In this document: in pieces, positions 58,580 through 64,000 of the stretch
Numbering within the stretch: position 1 is the first letter of the stretch
Layout: each line of letters opens with the position of its first letter
NCBI GenBank assembly: GCA_026418905.1
Contig: JAOAAK010000028.1
Span: 6,433 to 70,432, forward strand
Reading direction: 5' to 3'
Origin: Bacteroidales bacterium
GTDB lineage: Bacteria > Bacteroidota > Bacteroidia > Bacteroidales > DTU049
Length of the DNA: 64,000 nucleotides
The notes under the pieces: model-generated
Told to the model about the DNA's origin: nothing
The model's database searches: none
The model's input: only the letters and a program-made list of their open reading frames with translations
Made by a program: the position numbers and the translations under genes

Positions 58580-59131
58580 ATGAAAATATCTCGTTTAATG
58601 TTAATTGGTATGCTGGTTTTTTTAATGACCAGTTGTTTGACAGTGGAATATAAAAAATATGTGTTTGAATTTACCGGTAAGAATTCTGGGAAATTAACGA
58701 TCACGTATTACAATATTCACAGTCAAAAAGACGATACTGTAGATGTATCAAGTCAGGATTTTGAAGAACTTATCAATGACTATCTTACTGGAAACAAAAT
58801 TGAAAGCTATTTTCCTTTAGCAACTAATTTTCAGAAAAGACTTTTTGTGGAAAACAATCAATTATGTGGTGAAATTACAATGGAATTTAATTCCCTCGAA
58901 GCTGTGCGACTGATGCAACTTGGGAAAAAAGGTCCTATCGTGATGGATTTGAGCAAAACTATCGATGGGGAAACCTTTGAATCTACTAATGGAACCTATG
59001 GTAATTCCGATTACATGAACATTGTATATTGGCCTGCCAACGCTAAAAGGTTGGAGGTAGTCACGTCTGTCACTAAATATAACCCTGAAAAATGCGTACT
59101 TCTTACTGCACATTATTATAAGTGGAAATAA
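58580..59131 (+). CDS. Hypothetical lipoprotein
   Basis: Signal peptide and lipobox MKISRLMLIGMLVFLMTSC. I recognise no motif. Confidence 0.5.
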   Translation: MKISRLMLIGMLVFLMTSCLTVEYKKYVFEFTGKNSGKLTITYYNIHSQKDDTVDVSSQDFEELINDYLTGNKIESYFPLATNFQKRLFVENNQLCGEITMEFNSLEAVRLMQLGKKGPIVMDLSKTIDGETFESTNGTYGNSDYMNIVYWPANAKRLEVVTSVTKYNPEKCVLLTAHYYKWK

Positions 59132-59541
59132 TGACAAGAATAAATCCGCTACTTATTTTCTTCTTTTTTTCGCTTAACATATGTGCTCAGGTTAAGTATG
59201 AAACCAGTGAAATTGACAAATGGGTAAGTGAGTATTCTCGCTTTTTCAGTAATATCAAAGGATATCCTGGTTATCGTGTTCAGATTTTTTTCGAAAGTGG
59301 TAATTATTCTAAAACAAAAGCACTTGGTGTGAAAGCTAAATTTATATCTCTTTATCCAGACATTCCAGTCTACGTCATTTACCAGGAACCTTATTTTCGT
59401 GTACGAGTGGGTAACTTTAGAAGCAAACTGGAGGCTTATGCTTTCAGGGAGAAAATAAAGAAGGATTTTCCAGAAGCTTATGTAATCAAAGATCGGGTCG
59501 ATATGCCTATGGTATATCGACCCGCAGATATGATCAAATAA
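59122..59541 (+). CDS. SPOR-domain (peptidoglycan-binding) protein
   Basis: Signal peptide plus YRVQIFFESGNYSKTKAL...YQEPYFRVRVGNFRSKLEAYAF, typical of SPOR domains. Confidence 0.7.
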   Translation: MEIMTRINPLLIFFFFSLNICAQVKYETSEIDKWVSEYSRFFSNIKGYPGYRVQIFFESGNYSKTKALGVKAKFISLYPDIPVYVIYQEPYFRVRVGNFRSKLEAYAFREKIKKDFPEAYVIKDRVDMPMVYRPADMIK

Positions 59542-59555
59542 CTATCATTCCATCT

Positions 59556-60764
59556 ATGCAAAGACCTAATATTTCCATTGAGGAATATGATTATTATTTA
59601 CCAGAAGAAAATATAGCACAATATCCTGTTGCGGAAAGAGATCTTTCAAATTTACTTGTGGCCATTGATGAAAACTTTGTAATTGAAAAATTTCGTTTAA
59701 TACATCATCATCTACCCTCGGATGCTGTCCTGATTTATAACGACACTAAAGTTATCCCTGCTAGACTTTTTTTTCAAAAAAGCACTGGTGCCCGAATCGA
59801 GATTCTTCTTCTTAACCCCATTGATCCGCCAGATTACCAGACCAATTTTCAAACTTGTAAGGAAGTAATATGGGAAGTTCTCATCGGTAATGCTTCAAAA
59901 TGGAAAGATGAAGTGCTTAGTACTGAATGGCTAACTAATGGGACGAAGTATTCACTTCGTGCAGAAAAAATTGATAAAAATAAGGTAAGATTAAGTTGGT
60001 CTCCATCTTCTCTTTGCTTTAGTGAAATTTTAGAGATGATAGCTTTAGTTCCACTTCCTCCTTACATACAGCGACCTGTTGAAAAAAAAGATAAAGAAAC
60101 CTATCAAACCATTTATGCTCATCATCCTGGATCTGTTGCTGCTCCAACGGCTGGACTACATTTTACACCTCAACTTCTCGAAACCATACAAACTCAAAAA
60201 AATATTCAACTGGTACCCATCACTTTGCATGTTGGCATAGGTACGTTCAAACCTCTAAAAACAGATATTCACTCGCACGAGATGCACAAAGAATTGATCA
60301 ACATACCTCCGACAAGTTTAAAGTTATTACTAGAACACAGCAATAAACCATGGATTGTCGTTGGAACCACTTCTCTTCGAGCCCTTGAAAGTCTTTATTT
60401 TTATTTACTAAGCATTCTTCTTGGTCAACCTATCCAAACCATCCCACAATGGATTGGATGGGAAATACCTGAGAGTCGATGGATTTCGAGAACTACTCTT
60501 CTTGAACAACTACCTAAACTTAATCTATTAGATAGAGATATTCAATTTGATACTCAACTGATGATTCTCCCTGGAAAGCCCATTCAAATGGCAGACTATT
60601 TAATTACCAATTTTCACCAACCTCGAAGCACGCTGCTTCTTCTTGTTGATGCTTTTAGTTCGATCTCATGGAAAAAAATCTACGCCTTTGCTCTCGAAAA
60701 CAAATTACGATTCCTTAGTTATGGTGACGCTTGTCTTCTGAAAAATAAAAATTCACCATTTTAA
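59556..60764 (+). CDS. queA: S-adenosylmethionine:tRNA ribosyltransferase-isomerase
   Basis: Contains YDYYLPEENIAQYP, SVAAPTAGLHFT, LHVGIGTF, VVGTTSLRALES and NFHQPRSTLLLLV. Confidence 0.9.
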   Translation: MQRPNISIEEYDYYLPEENIAQYPVAERDLSNLLVAIDENFVIEKFRLIHHHLPSDAVLIYNDTKVIPARLFFQKSTGARIEILLLNPIDPPDYQTNFQTCKEVIWEVLIGNASKWKDEVLSTEWLTNGTKYSLRAEKIDKNKVRLSWSPSSLCFSEILEMIALVPLPPYIQRPVEKKDKETYQTIYAHHPGSVAAPTAGLHFTPQLLETIQTQKNIQLVPITLHVGIGTFKPLKTDIHSHEMHKELINIPPTSLKLLLEHSNKPWIVVGTTSLRALESLYFYLLSILLGQPIQTIPQWIGWEIPESRWISRTTLLEQLPKLNLLDRDIQFDTQLMILPGKPIQMADYLITNFHQPRSTLLLLVDAFSSISWKKIYAFALENKLRFLSYGDACLLKNKNSPF

Positions 60765-61520
60765 AATTTGAATTTCACCATCATATCTGACGTAAGTTCT
60801 CTCAAAATCCCAAAATCCCAAGTTAATATAGCGAGAATCGTCAATCATTAAATCAAAAAAACGATGACGATGACCAAAAATGTATATGTTTGCTCTTCGT
60901 TGGGAATTTGTTAACCTGATGTATTCAATAATGTACTCCTTTTCCTTAAGTTGATTGAGTGAATTTTTGTATTTTTCATTAGCATAACGACTTTGCTTGG
61001 AAAACATGTACGCCATTGGAAATGAAATAGAAGAAGGTAAACATGAAAAAAGAAATCGAACAAAAGGTGAACGGATAAAAAATTTTAAAATTTTGTATCC
61101 ATAATCTCCAGGACCCAACCCATCACCATGTCCTACTTCTAAGACTAAATTTCCATGTATTAAACGAACGGGTAAATCCCATATGTGGGCATTAAATTCC
61201 TTAACAAAATAATCACGTGTCCACATGTCATGATTACCCTTGAAAAAATGTATTTCTACTCCCGCATCTGCCAAATCTCCAAGTTTGCCGAAAAAACGGG
61301 TATAACCTCGTGGAACCAGATGTTTATACTCGAACCAGAAATCAAAAATATCTCCTAATAAAAAAAGATATTGTGCATCGGTTTTAATTTGGGTCAAAAA
61401 ATTTGACAATATTTTTTCCTTTTCTTGCTGTTTATCAGAAAATAAGTGAGTATCAGCAATAAAATAGCATGCCTTATTTTCATTCAGGTTGAGCTCATAA
61501 ATTGGAAATGATCTTTTCAT
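60753..61520 (-). CDS. lpxH: UDP-2,3-diacylglucosamine diphosphatase
   Basis: Calcineurin-like metallophosphoesterase motifs (FIADTHL, GDIFDFW, GNHD, GHGD, GHRH) at LpxH length. Confidence 0.8.
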   Translation of the reverse strand: MKRSFPIYELNLNENKACYFIADTHLFSDKQQEKEKILSNFLTQIKTDAQYLFLLGDIFDFWFEYKHLVPRGYTRFFGKLGDLADAGVEIHFFKGNHDMWTRDYFVKEFNAHIWDLPVRLIHGNLVLEVGHGDGLGPGDYGYKILKFFIRSPFVRFLFSCLPSSISFPMAYMFSKQSRYANEKYKNSLNQLKEKEYIIEYIRLTNSQRRANIYIFGHRHRFFDLMIDDSRYINLGFWDFERTYVRYDGEIQILKW

Positions 61521-62734
61521 TCTTTTTTAGTTGAAGATACAGCACTATCTCGCTTTTCAGGAAAAAGAAAAAATATTTTATACAACGTCGGACCAATTTC
61601 ATTGAGCAAATGCGCTTTGGTAACAATATTTCCTTGGGGATCTATGAGATAATAGAGAGGAATTTTCTTTACAGCATATAATTTTGCTATAGGTGAATCA
61701 ACGTGTTTGAAGTCACATAGTTGTATCCAACTGAGTTTTTCAGATTCAATTACCTTTTCCCACATGTTACGGTCATAATCAAAAGAAACCGAAATAAACA
61801 CCAATCCCCTTGGGGCATATGTGGTATGATAAAACTTCAGTGCCCGTAATTCTTTAGCAGATGTTGGTGACCAGGTAGCCCAAAAATGCAATAAAATATA
61901 TTTGCCCTTGAACTGATTTAAGGAATAAGTGTTTTCGTTCTTATCCAGCATTTGAAAATTTGGAGCTGGATTTCCTGGACTTAATCGCTTCTTTATTTCT
62001 TCTTCTTCCTGTTTTGCTAGCTTTGCTTTTTTTACGCGCATAGCTAGATGATGAACATGTTCATTTTGTGGATACAGACCTGAAAGAACATTTACCAAGG
62101 AATCCATCAACGGCAAGTATGTTTCCACATCTAACACAGGAGTAGGCCCAAAATACTGATACGCTATAAACAACGTTCCGAGATTACTCATATTATCTCG
62201 AACAAGATTAGCCGCATAGTTTTTATGGGAAGTATAAATATATTTTGAGATGGAATCTAGAGAATCACGTATATGCATCTTCCGAGGATCGTACTTATGA
62301 TTTTCCCAATACACAGCCAGACTATCAAGTTTTGCATAATGGTCTCGTGCTTTTAAAAGATATTGATAGATAAGTTCGCTTTCAGGAGATCCTTCAACAG
62401 TGTAAGAATCTTTAAATTGTCGAATGTTCCCTGTCAGATAAAGATGATCACCAGGTTTTGCAATAACGGTAAAAAATTGCTTTTCATCAAGATAGACTTT
62501 CAAGAAATAAGGTTGATCTATTTTTTTTCTTAATCGGAAACTTCCTTTTTCATCCAAAATGACCGAGTCCCATTTTTCAGTTCGATCGACGTGAATAATG
62601 TCAAAATAAACTACATGTGCTCGCGAATGAATAAAACGTCCTTCAATGATGACTTCATTTTTTGAGGGAACACCTTGATCTCTACATGAAAAAAGAATAA
62701 AGAATCCCAAAACAAACGCCCAATATATTCTCAT
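61517..62734 (-). CDS. TlpA/AhpC-TSA-family thioredoxin-fold lipoprotein with a DUF4369-like N-terminal domain and the active-site CxxC replaced by SxxS
   Basis: Lipobox FILFSC. The thioredoxin-fold region reads KGKYILLHFWATWSPTSAKE, where TlpA proteins have WCxxC. The ATG at 62734 overlaps the cdd stop as ATGA, so the longer ORF-track N-terminus is not used. Confidence 0.75.
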   Translation of the reverse strand: MRIYWAFVLGFFILFSCRDQGVPSKNEVIIEGRFIHSRAHVVYFDIIHVDRTEKWDSVILDEKGSFRLRKKIDQPYFLKVYLDEKQFFTVIAKPGDHLYLTGNIRQFKDSYTVEGSPESELIYQYLLKARDHYAKLDSLAVYWENHKYDPRKMHIRDSLDSISKYIYTSHKNYAANLVRDNMSNLGTLFIAYQYFGPTPVLDVETYLPLMDSLVNVLSGLYPQNEHVHHLAMRVKKAKLAKQEEEEIKKRLSPGNPAPNFQMLDKNENTYSLNQFKGKYILLHFWATWSPTSAKELRALKFYHTTYAPRGLVFISVSFDYDRNMWEKVIESEKLSWIQLCDFKHVDSPIAKLYAVKKIPLYYLIDPQGNIVTKAHLLNEIGPTLYKIFFLFPEKRDSAVSSTKKE

Positions 62735-63210
62735 GATTGTAACATAAAATTTAAAGGGAGTAATAAAGACACTGATGGTATACGATAACCAATTTCTTGC
62801 TCCATATTCCACAACAATATCCAGTATGGTTGATGCTGAAGCATTTCGTATTCGATCATTACTTGCCTGCAAGCACCACATGGTGAAACAGGCATTTTCT
62901 GAACATATTTACGACTTTGAGCAACCACAGAAATTCCTATTATTTTTGCTTCAGGGAACTGAGATTTGGCATAGAAAATTGCCACTCGTTCTGCACATAA
63001 ACCACTTGGAAACGCCATGTTTTCCTGATTATTTCCTGTTATAACTTGCCCATTATCAAGCAAAACTGCCGCTCCCACATAGAATTCTGAATATGGCGCA
63101 TATGCTTTTAAAGACGCTTCTTTGGCTTTAATAATAAGTAAACTTTCCTCTGATGTTATATCTGAATTGTTGACCACTTCATACTCGAAAGAATTAATTT
63201 CCTTCTTCAT
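62731..63210 (-). CDS. cdd: Cytidine deaminase
   Basis: Zinc-ligand motifs LCAERVA and SPCGACRQVM. Confidence 0.9.
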   Translation of the reverse strand: MKKEINSFEYEVVNNSDITSEESLLIIKAKEASLKAYAPYSEFYVGAAVLLDNGQVITGNNQENMAFPSGLCAERVAIFYAKSQFPEAKIIGISVVAQSRKYVQKMPVSPCGACRQVMIEYEMLQHQPYWILLWNMEQEIGYRIPSVSLLLPLNFMLQS

Positions 63211-64000
63211 ACTCGTATCTTTCCATTTTTTGTGTGATGTAAAAACTAGTAAAAATGCTAAACAGGGAAACGCCCACCTGGGTTTCTAGTGTGTCCTCAT
63301 ACATCATAGATAGAATCATAAGTGAAGCAAAGATAATAAAAAGAACATTTTTTTCCTTGAAAGCAAGGAATACAAGTAAAAAAACCAACAAAACAAGAAA
63401 CAAAATCCCGAGAATACCCAATTGTATTCCAATGGTTATAAACTGCTGGTGAGGCCGTAAGATCTTACCATCTGCATAAACAATTTGATTCGATCGTTTC
63501 AACTCAATGAAGATCTGTTGAATATCACCAGTTCCCACTCCGAACATCCAATTCTCTTTGAATACTTTCCATCCTAGCTGCCATAAATGCAAGCGTTGAG
63601 GTATGGAATGTCCAACATATTGGCGACTACCTATATATGCATACCATTCCCAAAAAAAAGTATAAAATTTTTTTTGCATAAGATTCATTTCTACAAGACG
63701 ATAATTGGTCAACCCTTTTTCGATATTATTCACGTCCGAAACAGAAAGTTTCCAAACACCATCATTGTTAGCTGAATAGCCTCGTGATGCCAAATATCGA
63801 AGTAAAATATGAAAAATCGAATCCCTATCATTTTCAATTTTTTTAGTACTTCGCATATTCCATGCATGTATAACCTCCGAAATATTCACATTCTGATAAA
63901 TTGAATTTCCATTTTCACGAGGTTCTGTTCTTTCGAAAAAACCCACTTCGGGAAAACACGTATTCTTTACCCAAATAGCCTCGCGACCAAAATATACTAA
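63194..64000 (-). CDS. O-antigen ligase / Wzy-family membrane protein with its 5' end outside the window
   Basis: The frame is open upstream of the GTG at 63946 all the way to nt 64000. A periplasmic loop (RLHLWQLGWKVF..NWMFGVGTGD) is followed by HQQFITIGIQLGILGILF and TM helices typical of Wzy_C. Confidence 0.6.
   Translation of the reverse strand, partial: LVYFGREAIWVKNTCFPEVGFFERTEPRENGNSIYQNVNISEVIHAWNMRSTKKIENDRDSIFHILLRYLASRGYSANNDGVWKLSVSDVNNIEKGLTNYRLVEMNLMQKKFYTFFWEWYAYIGSRQYVGHSIPQRLHLWQLGWKVFKENWMFGVGTGDIQQIFIELKRSNQIVYADGKILRPHQQFITIGIQLGILGILFLVLLVFLLVFLAFKEKNVLFIIFASLMILSMMYEDTLETQVGVSLFSIFTSFYITQKMERYEYEEGN

Noticed and set aside
14073-62881. N-terminal extensions proposed by the ORF track: 14073, 28816, 30585, 31355, 33601, 36848, 46736 and 62881, plus the TTG/GTG starts at 162, 10435, 10468, 17222, 25616, 46174 and 58535.
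   Set aside because: The extensions overlap upstream genes or fall inside or upstream of TAnnTTTG promoter boxes. Internal ATG codons give canonical N-termini (signal peptides, the Rrf2 MRLS start, the OadA IKIRDLTLRDGQQS context) and ATGA-type coupling with the upstream stop codons.
1-64000. A search for tRNA, rRNA, tmRNA, CRISPR arrays, transposases, integrases, toxin-antitoxin pairs and riboswitch-like leaders.
   Set aside because: I saw no direct-repeat/spacer array, no tRNA-like T-arm or acceptor pattern in the few intergenic regions, and no recombinase-like ORF. The intergenic regions other than 5434-5890 and 46160-46756 are too short. This was visual inspection only, so a covariance-model scan is still advisable.

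Overview
This window looks like an ordinary chromosomal segment of a low-GC member of the Bacteroidota. The support for that placement is Por/T9SS C-terminal sorting domains of both type A and type B, SprB repeats, TAnnTTTG -7 promoter boxes in front of many genes, and A-rich start regions with no Shine-Dalgarno sequence. I call 48 protein-coding genes, with the first and last truncated by the window edges. Coding density is very high and many stop/start codons overlap as ATGA. About three quarters of the window is housekeeping: psd-cdsA-LUD-ftsH-rsfS, dnaB, tpx, a UbiD/UbiA pair, lnt, fhs, rsmE, a WtpABC-type oxyanion transporter, pepA, comB, an SNF2 helicase, acyl-CoA carboxyltransferase plus a biotin carrier, gmk-yicC-mutS, queA, and lpxH-TlpA-like-cdd-O-antigen ligase. 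About 27 percent (17.3 kb) encodes seven large T9SS cargo proteins. I found no rRNA, tRNA, CRISPR array, transposase, integrase or recognisable defence island, and I cannot point to a coherent novel multi-gene system. The loci most worth a second look are listed here. (1) A compositionally foreign, recently duplicated 558-bp module pair sits inside the giant adhesin at 2841-3870. (2) A type-B-CTD cargo operon has an uncharacterised ~470-aa N-terminal region, a small leader gene and no adjacent PorP/SprF partner. (3) A tandem pair of secreted paralogs carries duplicated promoters that look near-leaderless. (4) A TlpA-like thioredoxin-fold protein has SxxS in place of CxxC. (5) An archaeal-type WtpA transporter is fused into a tight rsmE-DUF4159 unit. 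(6) A biotin-domain-less OadA/5S-like carboxyltransferase is unlinked from a 12S-like/1.3S-like pair. All product calls rest on motif recognition by eye. No database search was run.
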